Source: Alphaproteobacteria bacterium
GTDB lineage: Bacteria; Pseudomonadota; Alphaproteobacteria; Rhizobiales; Rhizobiaceae
Direction: 5' to 3'
NCBI GenBank assembly: GCA_024742485.1
Contig: JANSYK010000005.1
Location: forward strand, 21,698 to 85,697
DNA length: 64,000 bases
The translations under genes and the position numbers were made by a program. The stretch's first letter is position 1; the number at the start of each line of letters is the position of its first letter. This document shows, piece after piece, positions 10,501 through 17,815 of the stretch. The notes under the pieces are model-generated. The model was not told where the DNA came from, searched no databases, and worked only from the letters and a program-made list of their open reading frames with translations.

Positions 10501-10895
10501 ATGGCAATGATCTCATCATTGGTGGTTTCCGGTCCGATGAGCTGGCAGGGGGCGATGGCAATGATCTGATATTCGGCGGCTTCGGCAACGATCAGATCAC
10601 CGGAGGCGCCGGCCGGGATCTGCTGTTTGGCGGAGCCGGACGCGATACGTTCAACTACAGCTCCGGCGCCGGTGTCGACATCATCGCCGATTTCAGCACC
10701 GGCCGCCGCTGGTTCTCTTCCGGCGGAGACAGGATCGCCATCGATGTCGATGGTGTTGACAGTTATGAAGACCTCATGGCGCATGCCAGCCAGGTCGGCC
10801 GCAATACCGTGTTCGATTTCGGCAATGGCGATCTCCTCGTGCTGAGCCACACCAGGCTCTCCGCGCTGGACAGTGACGTCTTCAGCTTCTTTTGA
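1524..10895 (+). CDS. Giant RTX-family secreted protein (about 3100 aa): helical N-terminal module, several Ca-binding nonapeptide blocks, cadherin/VCBS-like modules, C-terminal T1SS signal region
   Basis: Single ORF open 1212-10895. ATG at 1524 is preceded by GGGGGA, and the upstream 104 codons look non-protein-like. Many GGxGxDxxx repeats, repeated ANDxDxDGD cadherin-like motifs, and two 99-aa tandem units. C-terminal RTX block plus tail ending DSDVFSFF. T1SS genes follow directly. Confidence 0.85.
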   Translation: MAVRIISRLGKSGSTFDNVANLVDATSAVAGTVSTLREDDPDPLGTTLEILSTFGAIAATIREYKGLTEDTRKELKKAIKILQEADAAGEVFGRTLVEIAKIPNPLIKNLATAIVTGQKTFSATESQFEFALKELDDGLKILDTKLAKVLKVVDNVGSVAGVAELIYDLYNAVVLEQGTVLGVFLNTFIPTFGFEIPDPGGSGDSEAGARLPVADANQNVADEVGQSFDVFSARLQIHTNKMDDLNQSFADLVQTIKDLVPEANLDNPAAYLQGEITDAIERASSILQTDLPLDGINQFAEILKPLDDIVGVLEAVQEAVQPVLDFFGPVLSIIDKVIEGLSDALGLSALEAKIQALIEDKINDLTQPIRDEINDAIDEITGSIVNAMLDLLNQFLNIKDQLLDLALNPGVEVGDRQGISNDVLDGEAMAAGGAGDDIIMLQLDSRYSDGHGGMALGGDGNDRITGTSLIDIINGGAGSDIISGLAGDDKLFGGTGNEDPLSDDGDTIDGGAGNDAIFGSDKNDLLIGGTGDDDIFGDAGDDRIFGDDGNDLLDGEDGEDTLEGGLGDDILNGGADNDILIDTSGNNTLDGGEGLDEIRTLGDASAVNTILDTTSVLFGGAGRDILQFGDALAVGSEATPGARYDGGGNTDTVEVGNIDLDRLSAVLENFETLKVTSLTGEEKTIALQTESLRSFNTLELLGEGAFEFDVRGGTFDIDTMFADQALLIDWSSLTPVSNAQNGASAGQGGRPISMLAPVTIQLNGTLGGDGGTAIGSQRTTLGMTFEGSDGDDLIIGGTGSDIIRGGLGADILDGGSGDTGDRFDLESAVGDVILGSVEELDGDTIRNLSNRVDKVRITGSEDYHLTFDTQQGQTIVAIYLSQAAFDAGDPALGSFTLEGDYPKLFVQSGRYVGEDGSDIAYVEVFNNNVPPTAVNDLVVSKYQGEGDIPQVIDPFANDYDVDTPADPSEGIVRRQIAVTESLAALFRTIDIDDEDAARQAFADGITPVAIGTELLTEAGNKLIFTADGIVYEAPEQSVTFRDSQLGDAGISGYFGEVGRYDLTEALPFFGWDRISYKVFDLDGELSNTANVDILIRPDRVTLADGTLALPSIDITTTGANPGTYVAILTDQSGQNIGQDINDRNGDPDSSNHAVGHDYFGITVAGDYQGLGGTDVLDGREASGPLRLFGGTGADWVEGGDFDDFLSGGGYNDAYNPQSTRASDDTSEQNNILIGNGGNNVYSASAGGSAGEIQWLIEAVRDTTYVLNGDAETISGTPLNTSSATSLSFDPIFGLKQGAAALQDDRIIGFDNDDQIVLALSDDTLTGVGFTSQAYVADNVFIPLRTGMILTELDMTSELGELNNDIIGNSQSIFENNFFEGHDFQTTFDYDLSGPQGQGSFWFQQPNFDGYPQIISYAIETEAIGGSGGTAPQTELTVSLKSFRFDVENRVASHFYSELIEDPDLLDPFSLDDDSFFHSNISRARDLIPGAHVSFSMTLDGAYQDRFVLDVTSGIAGGAGEAPLTLTDLGTQFFDQSYAYEHVTDAEISAAEALGKNIGLSIRYDSSAPVAVADTPQVSRGQALTFDLLANDTDADGDTLRLFDINFENAQQESDLLDGDTSNGELIQQTDPNTGLGTGIVTYIAAPEYIGGVNFSYIATDGEYQSEEQTVSINVTGLAPVLGDDRIVLKSNSDAIGSAELYPGGTRFIPLSALVVNDLDPDQSDSLNLQSLNVPGAMKLFRPEDGEDPFEDVRDPNTVIAFGTHPDNPGVIGIFLRGTLIDQLSAGATSPTGIAGASASFTYTLNDVAGAGRSNAATVEVFIAADFTLAPGGVVTVAEDSSIAIDLVSGRTGGFGDAEILSASTAYAEGTTTEVGTVEIYGDGIIFTPTADIFGVTALVDVVVADQLGSTETIPVRIDITPSEDAPEVRNLSASDGTNDIAANEDTAIVGLVTFFDLDDLDPAILGVQAALDMADAVRNNTPELIDPADLALIAGKILTPADLGPFATTQGGTFRLIPTASPLVYDYEYTPATDFEGADSVNIDWTAPDGTTGSVEWDIDVAGINDAPIFTTDDPTSDAPEALDVNSDLELNLLDDMTDVDGTIDPASIVIESAPDPDVATIAISADGIATLTGIGSGTTAFSYSVADEAGLRSQIRTIYLDVNQPPEAEDDNVIVSAPGQAILIDAIANDVDGDGDLSYVLGPDGLPQALDPQQTLDPDAATGLLGSVAWSVADGAFIYTAPTDPALFGQTDVFYYEVQDNDGSTSRAAVFIELTSPEAPALRLGTSDADAVMAREGNEEFFLGDGSDSVQGTLVNLDGDEIYDFDPDDTLIVEGLAADDITITTSRIRTEKPPVISVDALTEIPSVEGLLGGVTVEALRSAFVGNTLLEFSAGAVTGTILLNGAYLGAFAAETTPEGNVAITYQPTTNTEPVLNGSSNDDDLRAGETNSQVLGDEGDDVIQTPGAAVSGGAGEDAIIASGAAGLQGGADADLFVIGQAGTDIVLEDFNPYDGDRIAISITAYVNDDGTMATDRLSITRDDNGVLTLWGNPDLTGDVQPPVLEQLARFTLPEGLNAGVDSVQGDEDTEISGTVADNVSDFGGDAKQFAVATDPVNGSVVMNPDGSYAYTPKANFFGTDSFTYRVSVETDGGLVTDTAVVEITVDPINDAPTVEAPLSDVSSNEDTPVEFTIPTGTFADVEGTELILSAMLADSTELPEWLEFDGDTGTFAGLPPIDFNGPIVVEVTAFDGEHAVSDTFTLDIIPVNDTPIAEQPLVDQSFDEDTAVSFSVPDDAFSDVDNETLTLTAERADGTALPDWLGFEASTGTFSGQPPLNFNGNLDVAVIASDGLLEARSTFALEITPVNDAPVANADTGFEVDAGASLVFSTADLLANDTDVDGDDLSVVSVTGATNGSLDVAADGTITYTAAEDFDGVETLTYEVFDGTDTSEGEIEINVVGTATDPYEGWRKGTDGNDFLLGRLFGQNQIFGGDGNDLIIGGFRSDELAGGDGNDLIFGGFGNDQITGGAGRDLLFGGAGRDTFNYSSGAGVDIIADFSTGRRWFSSGGDRIAIDVDGVDSYEDLMAHASQVGRNTVFDFGNGDLLVLSHTRLSALDSDVFSFF
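2815..3320 (+). repeat. RTX nonapeptide (GGxGxDxxx) repeat block 1 inside the giant gene
   Basis: Translation GGAGDDIIM...GGDGNDRITG...GGAGSDIISGLAGDDKLFGGTGNED...GGAGNDAIFGSDKNDLLIGGTGDDDIFGDAGDDRIFGDDGNDLLDGEDGEDTLEGGLGDDILNGGADNDIL. Smaller blocks sit near 3883-3990, 5040-5150 and 8840-9010. Confidence 0.85.
9525..10118 (+). repeat. Two tandem 297-nt (99-aa) dystroglycan-type cadherin-like units inside the giant gene
   Basis: Units start at the N of (I/V)ND(A/T)P at 9525, 9822 and 10119, an exact 297-nt period. Unit 1 has ...LPEWLEFDGDTGTFAGLPPIDFNGPIVVEVTAFDG. Unit 2 has ...LPDWLGFEASTGTFSGQPPLNFNGNLDVAVIASDG. Confidence 0.8.
10438..10655 (+). repeat. C-terminal RTX nonapeptide block preceding the secretion signal
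   Basis: GTDGNDFLLG...FGGDGNDLIIGGFRSDELAGGDGNDLIFGGFGNDQITGGAGRDLLFGGAGRDTF. Confidence 0.85.
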
Positions 10896-10932
10896 CGCGG
10901 GATTGGGACGTGGCATTTCGGAGTAAGGGCTG

Positions 10933-12705
10933 ATGAACACCAAAGACAGCCAGTTCAAGATAGCGACGCGGCGTTTGCGCTCGACGTTCCTTGGCGTTGC
11001 CGTGTTCAGTGCAGCCGTGAATATCCTGATGCTCACCGGTCCGCTGTTCATGCTCCAGATTTACGACCGGGTTCTGTCCAGCCGATCGGTTCCGACCCTC
11101 GTGGCGCTTGTCGTGCTGGTTGGCGTGCTCTACGCATTCATGGCGGTTTTCGATTTCATCCGCCTCCGTCTCCTGTCGCGCGCGGCCCATCGATTTGATC
11201 TCGATCTCATGCCGCTTGCGCAGAAAACATGGATTTATCAGGGCCTTGCGGCTGGCCGCCTGTCCTCGCGTCCGGAGCAGGATTTGAGCACGGTGCGCCA
11301 GTTCGTTGGCAGCAACGGGCCCGTCGCATTGCTCGATCTGCCCTGGGTGCCCTTTTACCTGGCGCTTGTCTTCATGCTTCATCAGTGGTTGGGACTTCTT
11401 GCCCTGGCCGGCGCCGTGATTGTGATCTCCCTGGCCCTGATCAACGAATTCGCAACGCGCGGCGCCATACGCGAAGGCGCCGGGCACGAGTTTTCCGCCA
11501 GTCAGATCGGTCAGCAGGTCCACGACAGCTCCGAGCCGTTGATCGCCATGGGCATGGCGGGGCGCATGACCGAAAGATGGGGCGAAATCCGGCGCCTTGC
11601 CATGGGCCATGCGCAAAAGGCAGCGGGCACATCCGAAATGGTATCGGCTTCCTCGCGCGCCTTCAGATTGCTTTTGCAATCCTCGATTTTGGCGTTGGGC
11701 GCCTATCTGGCCATTTATCAGCAGATCTCCGCCGGCGCCATCGTGGCGGCATCGATCATCGCCGGGCGCGCCTTGGCGCCGGTCGATCAGGCAATTGGCC
11801 AGTGGAAGGGTTTCGTACGCGCGCGGTTGGCGTTTTCGCGGTTGAAGAAGGCGATCGGCGATATCGGCATGGAGGATGCGCGAACCCAATTGCCCGATCC
11901 CTCCGGCAAGGTCGATGTCAACGGCCTGATCAAGTTGACGCCGGATGTGGAGCAGGCGGGAGCAAGCGGACGGCCACCCATTTTGCAGGACGTCAATTTC
12001 AGGCTCGATCCCGGGGACGGCCTGGGTGTGATCGGTCCGAGCACCGCCGGCAAATCCAGCCTTGCGCGCCTGCTGACCGGTATCTGGCTGCCGGATCGCG
12101 GCAGCGTTACCCTCGACGGCGCAGGCTTTGGTCTTTGGGACCAGGAGGCGCTGGGGCGTCACATCGGCTATTTGCCGCAGGATGTGTCCCTGATCAACGG
12201 CACCATCCGGCAGAATATCTCTCGCTTTGATCCGTCTGCCGAGGACGATGATGTGATCGCTGCCGCCCAGTTGGCAGGCGTGCACGAAATGGTGCTCGCC
12301 TTGCCGGATGGCTACGACACATCTATCGGCCAGGGCGCCACCATGTTGTCCGGTGGCCAGGCGCAGCGGATCGCCCTGGCGCAGGCCGTCTACCGGCAAC
12401 CGGCTCTGGTGGTGCTGGATGAACCGAATTCGAACATGGATTCTGAAGGTGACGCGGCGCTGTCCAATTGTATCAAGGCCCTGCGCGAAGCCGGGTCGAC
12501 CGTTGTCGTCATGGCGCATCGCCCCAGCGCCATAGCCTCGGTCAACAAGCTTCTGATGCTCAATGGCGGGCGTCAGGTCGACTTTGGCGACAAGCAGGAT
12601 GTCCTGCAACGCGCCACGCGGGCAGTCAATTCCGAGCAGGGCAAGACTGGCTCGGACGAAGTGCGTGTCCTCAAACCACGATCAAAAGCGGCACCGGCCG
12701 AATAG
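10933..12705 (+). CDS. Type I secretion system ABC permease/ATPase, PrtD/PrsD type (no N-terminal peptidase-like domain)
   Basis: N-terminal TM domain with LQIYDRVL motif. Walker A GPSTAGKSS, signature LSGGQAQRIALA, Walker B LVVLDEPNSNMD. SD GGAGTAAGGG before the ATG. Located 37 nt after the RTX gene. Confidence 0.9.
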   Translation: MNTKDSQFKIATRRLRSTFLGVAVFSAAVNILMLTGPLFMLQIYDRVLSSRSVPTLVALVVLVGVLYAFMAVFDFIRLRLLSRAAHRFDLDLMPLAQKTWIYQGLAAGRLSSRPEQDLSTVRQFVGSNGPVALLDLPWVPFYLALVFMLHQWLGLLALAGAVIVISLALINEFATRGAIREGAGHEFSASQIGQQVHDSSEPLIAMGMAGRMTERWGEIRRLAMGHAQKAAGTSEMVSASSRAFRLLLQSSILALGAYLAIYQQISAGAIVAASIIAGRALAPVDQAIGQWKGFVRARLAFSRLKKAIGDIGMEDARTQLPDPSGKVDVNGLIKLTPDVEQAGASGRPPILQDVNFRLDPGDGLGVIGPSTAGKSSLARLLTGIWLPDRGSVTLDGAGFGLWDQEALGRHIGYLPQDVSLINGTIRQNISRFDPSAEDDDVIAAAQLAGVHEMVLALPDGYDTSIGQGATMLSGGQAQRIALAQAVYRQPALVVLDEPNSNMDSEGDAALSNCIKALREAGSTVVVMAHRPSAIASVNKLLMLNGGRQVDFGDKQDVLQRATRAVNSEQGKTGSDEVRVLKPRSKAAPAE

Positions 12706-12732
12706 CGCACTCAACAGGAGATGGAGGGCAAG

Positions 12733-14067
12733 ATGAACACGATGACGACAGCAGCGGCAAAATTGGCGCCCTCCGTGGTTGTAAAGACCAGCGGAACCAA
12801 ATGGCTTGTAACAGGCATGGTGATGATCGCGCTGTTGTTCGGTGCAGGTGGATACTGGGCGGCAACCGTTCCCCTGTCCGGTGCCGTATTGGCTGCCGGC
12901 TCCGTCACGGTGGCAGGCAATGCCAAGACGGTGCAGCATCCCGATGGCGGGGTCGTCACGGAATTGTTGGTGAATGATGGCAGTTTCGTCGAGCAGGATG
13001 ATCTTCTGCTTCGACTGGACGATACATTGCTGCGGGCCAATTTGAACATTTACACCAACCGGCTGCAGGAAGCGGCAACGCAGCGAAGCCGTCTCATTGC
13101 GGAACGAGACGGGCTGGAACAGATCAAATGGGATCACGGTCTTCACCGCGAACACAACATTCCGATCTCCGTGAGCGTCGAAAGGGACCATGCGTCGCAG
13201 TTCGCCGCACGCAAGAACACCCTTGAAGGGCAGGCCAACCAGTACCGCGAGCAGATCGAGCAGTACAAAAACCAGCTGATTGGCACACAAGCACAAAAAC
13301 AATCCGCCGATGAACAGATCGCCCTGCTCGAAGAAGAGTTGTCGGGACTGGAGAAGTTGGACAAGCAAGGATTCATTACCAGTTCAGAACTGCGTGCCCT
13401 GCGCCGGCAAATCGCCGAAATGAAAGGACAGTCGGGTGAAATGGTCGCGGAACTCGCCCGCATCGCCAACGCCATCACCGAATCGGAAATCAAGATTTCT
13501 CAGGTTCGGCGCGAATTCACGCAGAACGTGCTTGCCGAACTGTCCCAGACCGAAGCGGAAATTCGCGACATGGTTCAGCAACTCATCGCGACCCGTTCTC
13601 AGATAGAACGCACGGATGTCCGCGCTCCGGTGAGCGGCATGGTGCATGAACTTTCGATGTTCACCGTCGGCGGTGTCGTGGCGCCCGGTGCACCTGTCAT
13701 GCAGATCGTGCCGCAAACAACCGATTTGAACGTGGAGGCCAATGTCGATCCGAGCTCCATCGACCAGATCTGGATCGGACAGGAGGTCGTGTCCCGGTTT
13801 TCAGCCTTCAACCAGCGGACAACGCCGGAACTGACCGGTGAAGTGGCCGCGATTTCTCCCAGCACAACCGTGGATGAAAACACCGGGCTGAGCCACTACA
13901 AGATACGCTTCACCTTCGCCAAGGCCGAGTTTGCCAAGCTCGGAGATGTGCGTCTGGTGCCCGGCATGCCGGTGGATTCTCACATCCGAACGCAGGAACG
14001 AACGGCACTGAGCTATTTCCTCAAGCCACTGACGGACAATTTCCAGAACGCGCTGCGCGAGCGATAG
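12733..14067 (+). CDS. HlyD-family type I secretion periplasmic adaptor
   Basis: One N-terminal TM helix (WLVTGMVMIALLFGAGGYWAA), a long coiled-coil segment and a C-terminal beta domain. The ATG at 12733 has GGAGGG 5 nt upstream. An alternative in-frame ATG at 12721 abuts its SD. Confidence 0.88.
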   Translation: MNTMTTAAAKLAPSVVVKTSGTKWLVTGMVMIALLFGAGGYWAATVPLSGAVLAAGSVTVAGNAKTVQHPDGGVVTELLVNDGSFVEQDDLLLRLDDTLLRANLNIYTNRLQEAATQRSRLIAERDGLEQIKWDHGLHREHNIPISVSVERDHASQFAARKNTLEGQANQYREQIEQYKNQLIGTQAQKQSADEQIALLEEELSGLEKLDKQGFITSSELRALRRQIAEMKGQSGEMVAELARIANAITESEIKISQVRREFTQNVLAELSQTEAEIRDMVQQLIATRSQIERTDVRAPVSGMVHELSMFTVGGVVAPGAPVMQIVPQTTDLNVEANVDPSSIDQIWIGQEVVSRFSAFNQRTTPELTGEVAAISPSTTVDENTGLSHYKIRFTFAKAEFAKLGDVRLVPGMPVDSHIRTQERTALSYFLKPLTDNFQNALRER

Positions 14068-14215
14068 ACGGATGGCCCAGTTCAGCGCAGGCGGTGTTTG
14101 AAGCGCGAATTTTTCAATCCTGACATGTGGGCCACTCCAGACAAAGCAGCGTGTAACATGGTCCATTTTCCGTCGGCGTAAAACCGATCAACCGCATTGT
14201 ACCGAAAGCGCATGG

Positions 14216-14239
14216 CCGCGAGCGGTCAGCCGCTGGCGG
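14216..14239 (-). terminator. GC-rich hairpin between convergent genes (weak terminator candidate)
   Basis: CCGCGAGCGG-tcag-CCGCTGGCGG, 9 of 10 pairs. Lies just downstream of the minus-strand acyl-CoA synthetase stop. No clear U-run. Confidence 0.3.
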
Positions 14240-14243
14240 CGCT

Positions 14244-15782
14244 TCACGCTCCGCTGATATTGCGTTCAGCCCCATCCTCCCAGAATTTCTCCCGGACCGC
14301 CTTGCGTTGGATCTTTCCGACGGGCGTGCGGGGCAGGGGGTCGGTCTGTAGCTGCACCAGTCCCGGCTTTTTGTAGGAGCCGAGTTCCACCTTGCAGGCG
14401 TCGATGATGTCATCCGCCGTGATGGTGGCACCATCGTTCGCCACAACAACGGCAACAGGGATTTCGCCCCATCGTTCATGTGGCGCCGCCACGACCGCAA
14501 CTTCGCGAACGCCCGGCAGGCTTGAAATGACGTTTTCCAGCTCCGCTGGCCAGATATTGAACCCACCCGAAATGATCATGTCGTCCTTGCGATCAGTGAG
14601 GTAGACGTAACCGTTCTCATCAATCTTGCCGACATCGCCGGAAAGCACCCAGCCATCAACAAGCCTTTGGCGGGTCAATTCGGGCTCATTGAGAATCTCC
14701 GTGATCTGTCCCTCGCATCGCAAGGCAATTTCACCGATCTCACCGGGCGGCAAGGGACGGTTGTCGTCGTCCCGGATTTCTATGGCCGAATAAGGCATGA
14801 CTTTTCCAACCGCCAGAAGCGGTTCGGATCCGGGTACGTCACTGAACCACTCGCTTGGCCCCATGCCTGCAACCGGAACGGATTCGGTTTGACCATAGAG
14901 CTGATAGAGGACGTCGCCAAAGAAGTCCCGCGCTTGGAGCGCGGTAGCCGCTCGGATCGGTGCACCGGAGACCATGATCCCCTTGAGTTTCGAGAAATCC
15001 TTTTCACCCTCGCATTTTGCGATCATGTCGCTGAGCATTGTCGGCACGGCGAAGGTGAAGCCGCCATATTTCTCGAGATGATCGGCAAAATCCCCGGGGT
15101 CGAACCGGCGGACCAATATATTGCATCCGCCAGCCAGCCACATCGGCATGAACAGATATCCGGAGCCATGGGAGATAGGGCCGGCATGGGTCGCATAGTC
15201 ACCGGCTTCGATATTCGGAAAGAAACATGCCCAGTCCCGGCAGGTACGCATCCATTGGCGATGGGAGAACTGCATGCCTTTCGACCGGCCCGTCGTGCCG
15301 CCGGAATGACGGATCAGATGGGGATCGTCCATGTCGATCGGCGGATTGGGATCGTCCTGCGAATGCCTGGCAAGCCAGCTTTCGTAGTCGTCGCCGCGAA
15401 TGATGACATGTTCAAGGCCGTCGATCTCATCCTTGAAGTGCGCGACCTCATCGGCATATTCTTCCGAAACAATGATCGCCCGGCAATCCGTGTGGCTGAT
15501 CATGTGGCCATGGGCGACGGCCGAATTGCGCCGGTAGAGCGGCACACGAACGACATTTGCGACGGCAGCGGCAATGAAGAAGTCCGACGCTTCCAGACAA
15601 TTGTCTTCCAGCACGGCAACCTTGTCACCAGGTTGAAGACCCATCTTGTATAGGGCATTGGCCAGTTGGCAGCCGCGTTTCCAGGCCTGCTCGAATGTCA
15701 ATTCGATATCGTCGGCAATGATTGCGGGCCGGTTGCGATTGTATTCCATGGCACGGCGCATAGCCGAACGGACATCAAGCAT
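14244..15782 (-). CDS. AMP-dependent acyl-CoA synthetase/ligase
   Basis: 512-aa ORF with AMP-binding motif SGGTTGRSKG and a C-terminal GKIQRK-type lysine motif (PVGKIQRKAV). Confidence 0.88.
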   Translation of the reverse strand: MLDVRSAMRRAMEYNRNRPAIIADDIELTFEQAWKRGCQLANALYKMGLQPGDKVAVLEDNCLEASDFFIAAAVANVVRVPLYRRNSAVAHGHMISHTDCRAIIVSEEYADEVAHFKDEIDGLEHVIIRGDDYESWLARHSQDDPNPPIDMDDPHLIRHSGGTTGRSKGMQFSHRQWMRTCRDWACFFPNIEAGDYATHAGPISHGSGYLFMPMWLAGGCNILVRRFDPGDFADHLEKYGGFTFAVPTMLSDMIAKCEGEKDFSKLKGIMVSGAPIRAATALQARDFFGDVLYQLYGQTESVPVAGMGPSEWFSDVPGSEPLLAVGKVMPYSAIEIRDDDNRPLPPGEIGEIALRCEGQITEILNEPELTRQRLVDGWVLSGDVGKIDENGYVYLTDRKDDMIISGGFNIWPAELENVISSLPGVREVAVVAAPHERWGEIPVAVVVANDGATITADDIIDACKVELGSYKKPGLVQLQTDPLPRTPVGKIQRKAVREKFWEDGAERNISGA

Positions 15783-15950
15783 GTTGTTTTCTCCCTGCTG
15801 CGCGACCCAGATCGGAGCACAGTATCAAGTGATCACCGATGGGCCTGCAGGCCCCGTCATATCTCATCCCGTGGGTGCCTTCTCAAGACGCTACACCAAG
15901 ATGGTTTGAGCGTCACGAGGATAGAAAACATTTGTCTTTGGTCAATACAT

Positions 15951-15968
15951 TTTTGTCTTGCGACAAAA
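15951..15968. promoter_or_regulatory. Inverted repeat TTTTGTC-N4-GACAAAA in the ligase/BVMO divergent region
   Basis: Perfect 7-bp arms. Preceded by direct repeats ACATTTGTCTT (15928-15938) and ACATTTTTGTCTT (15947-15959). Confidence 0.4.
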
Positions 15969-16156
15969 TTCTGACGTGATATTGTTAATCCACTAGGGAG
16001 ATGTTGCGCCGAAACTCGCGATGCGCGGAAGGCTGGTCGGATGCCCTGGCTTTGGTGGCAATTGGACCGGTCTGTCAGATCAAAATCTGGATGATGCGAC
16101 GTTAGGCAGAATTTTTCTTCTACACACCGGGCATCCTTTTACAGGAGACAGGAACG

Positions 16157-17815
16157 TTGGAATTTGACCACGACGCGATCGTCATCGGAGCCGGTGTTTG
16201 CGGAATCTATCAGGCATACCGTCTCCAGCAGATGGGCGTGCGTTTCCTCGTTCTGGAACAGGCATCGGATGTTGGTGGAACGTGGTATTGGAATCGCTAT
16301 CCGGGATGCCGGTTTGATTCGGAAAGCGAAACCTATGGGTATTCCTTCTCGGAAGAACTGCTGAAAGAGTGGGACTGGTCGGAGCATTTCGCGCCCCGCG
16401 AAGAGACGGAACGCTACCTGCAATTTGTCGTCGATAAATTCGACCTCCGCCAACACATGCGGTTCGACAGCCGACTCAAATCCGCCTATTGGGACGACAA
16501 GTTGGGCGGTTGGCGGATCGCCACACATGACGGGCAGAGCTACGCGACGCGGTTTCTGCTCACCGCGATCGGATTGCTCTCGTCTCCAACGTTGCCGCGA
16601 TATGAGGGTGTGGAGAGCTTCGAGGGCCTGTCCTTCCACACCTACCATGCGCCAAGAGACCCGGTTGATTTTGCCGGCAAACGTGTCGCTGTCGTCGGTA
16701 CGGGGGCAACCGGCGTTCAACTGATTTCCGAAATCGCCGACAAGGTCGGCAGCCTCACCGTGTTTCAGCGAAGGCCAAACTGGTGCGCGCCCCTGAACAA
16801 TTCGCCGATCACCTCGCAGGAAATGCAGGAGATCAAGCAACGGTATGATGAGATCTTTGCGCTTTGCCGCAACACACCGAGCGGTTTCTACCACGACATC
16901 GATCCGCGAAGAACGCTGGAAGTGGCGCCGGAGGATCGGGAAGTGTTCTGGGAGGCGCTCTACAGCGGGTCCGGGTTCGGCGTCTGGCTGGGCAATTTCA
17001 AGGACATGCTGACCGACCCGGCCGCCAACGCCGAATTTTCGAAATTTGTCGCCAGGAAAATCCGGCAACGCATCGATGATCCGAAGATTGCCGAAAAACT
17101 GATCCCCAAGGACCATGGATTTGGAACGCGGCGCGTTCCGATGGAGACGAATTACTACGAGGTTTTCAACCAGGACAATGTGCTCCTGGTCGATATTGGC
17201 GAAACGCCGATCGAGCGGATAACCCGGACCGGTATCAAGACCAACGTCGAAGACTTTCCCTTCGACATCATCATCTATGCAACCGGCTTCGATGCGGTCA
17301 CGGGAGCCTTCGACAAGATTGACATCGTTGGCGAGAACGGCTTGAGACTGAAGGACAAATGGGAGGACGGGCCGCAAACCGCATTTGGCCTCTCGGTCCA
17401 CGGATTCCCCAATCTGCTGACACTGGCCGGGCCCCAAAGCGGTTCCGTAGCAACCAACTTCCCGCGTGGTATCGAGGAAGCCGTCAACTGGTGCTCCGAG
17501 TTTCTGGCCTACCTGATTGAAAACAAAATCCCCTACTTCCAGGCCACGCGTGCATCGGAGGAATTCTGGGGCAGACACGTACAGGAAATGTCCGAACGGA
17601 TCCTGTTCGGCAAAGAGCAGTCCTGGTTTACCGGCTACAATTCGAATGTGGATCGCAAGTATCGCAATCGGTGCCTGATCTACGCCGGTGGACAGCTTCG
17701 GTTCCGGGGATTTCTGCAGGAGGAGCGAGACAACGGCTATCCGAGTTTCGTGCTGTCGCCTTCTGATCGGGATCAGCAAAAGACCCAGACCGTCGTGGAC
17801 ATATTGCCAAGCTGA
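16157..17815 (+). CDS. Type I Baeyer-Villiger (flavin-containing) monooxygenase
   Basis: GAGVCG FAD fold, GGTWYWNRYPGCRFD, FEGLSFHTYHAP fingerprint region, second Rossmann GTGATG. TTG start at 16157 sits 8 nt after AGGAGA, with no in-frame ATG near the N-terminus. Confidence 0.88.
   Translation: MEFDHDAIVIGAGVCGIYQAYRLQQMGVRFLVLEQASDVGGTWYWNRYPGCRFDSESETYGYSFSEELLKEWDWSEHFAPREETERYLQFVVDKFDLRQHMRFDSRLKSAYWDDKLGGWRIATHDGQSYATRFLLTAIGLLSSPTLPRYEGVESFEGLSFHTYHAPRDPVDFAGKRVAVVGTGATGVQLISEIADKVGSLTVFQRRPNWCAPLNNSPITSQEMQEIKQRYDEIFALCRNTPSGFYHDIDPRRTLEVAPEDREVFWEALYSGSGFGVWLGNFKDMLTDPAANAEFSKFVARKIRQRIDDPKIAEKLIPKDHGFGTRRVPMETNYYEVFNQDNVLLVDIGETPIERITRTGIKTNVEDFPFDIIIYATGFDAVTGAFDKIDIVGENGLRLKDKWEDGPQTAFGLSVHGFPNLLTLAGPQSGSVATNFPRGIEEAVNWCSEFLAYLIENKIPYFQATRASEEFWGRHVQEMSERILFGKEQSWFTGYNSNVDRKYRNRCLIYAGGQLRFRGFLQEERDNGYPSFVLSPSDRDQQKTQTVVDILPS

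Noticed and set aside
9564-12609. 495-aa and 575-aa minus-strand ORFs overlapping the RTX 3-prime end and the ABC exporter gene
   Set aside because: Antisense shadows of genes with clear RTX repeats and Walker/ABC signature motifs. No SD or family motifs of their own.
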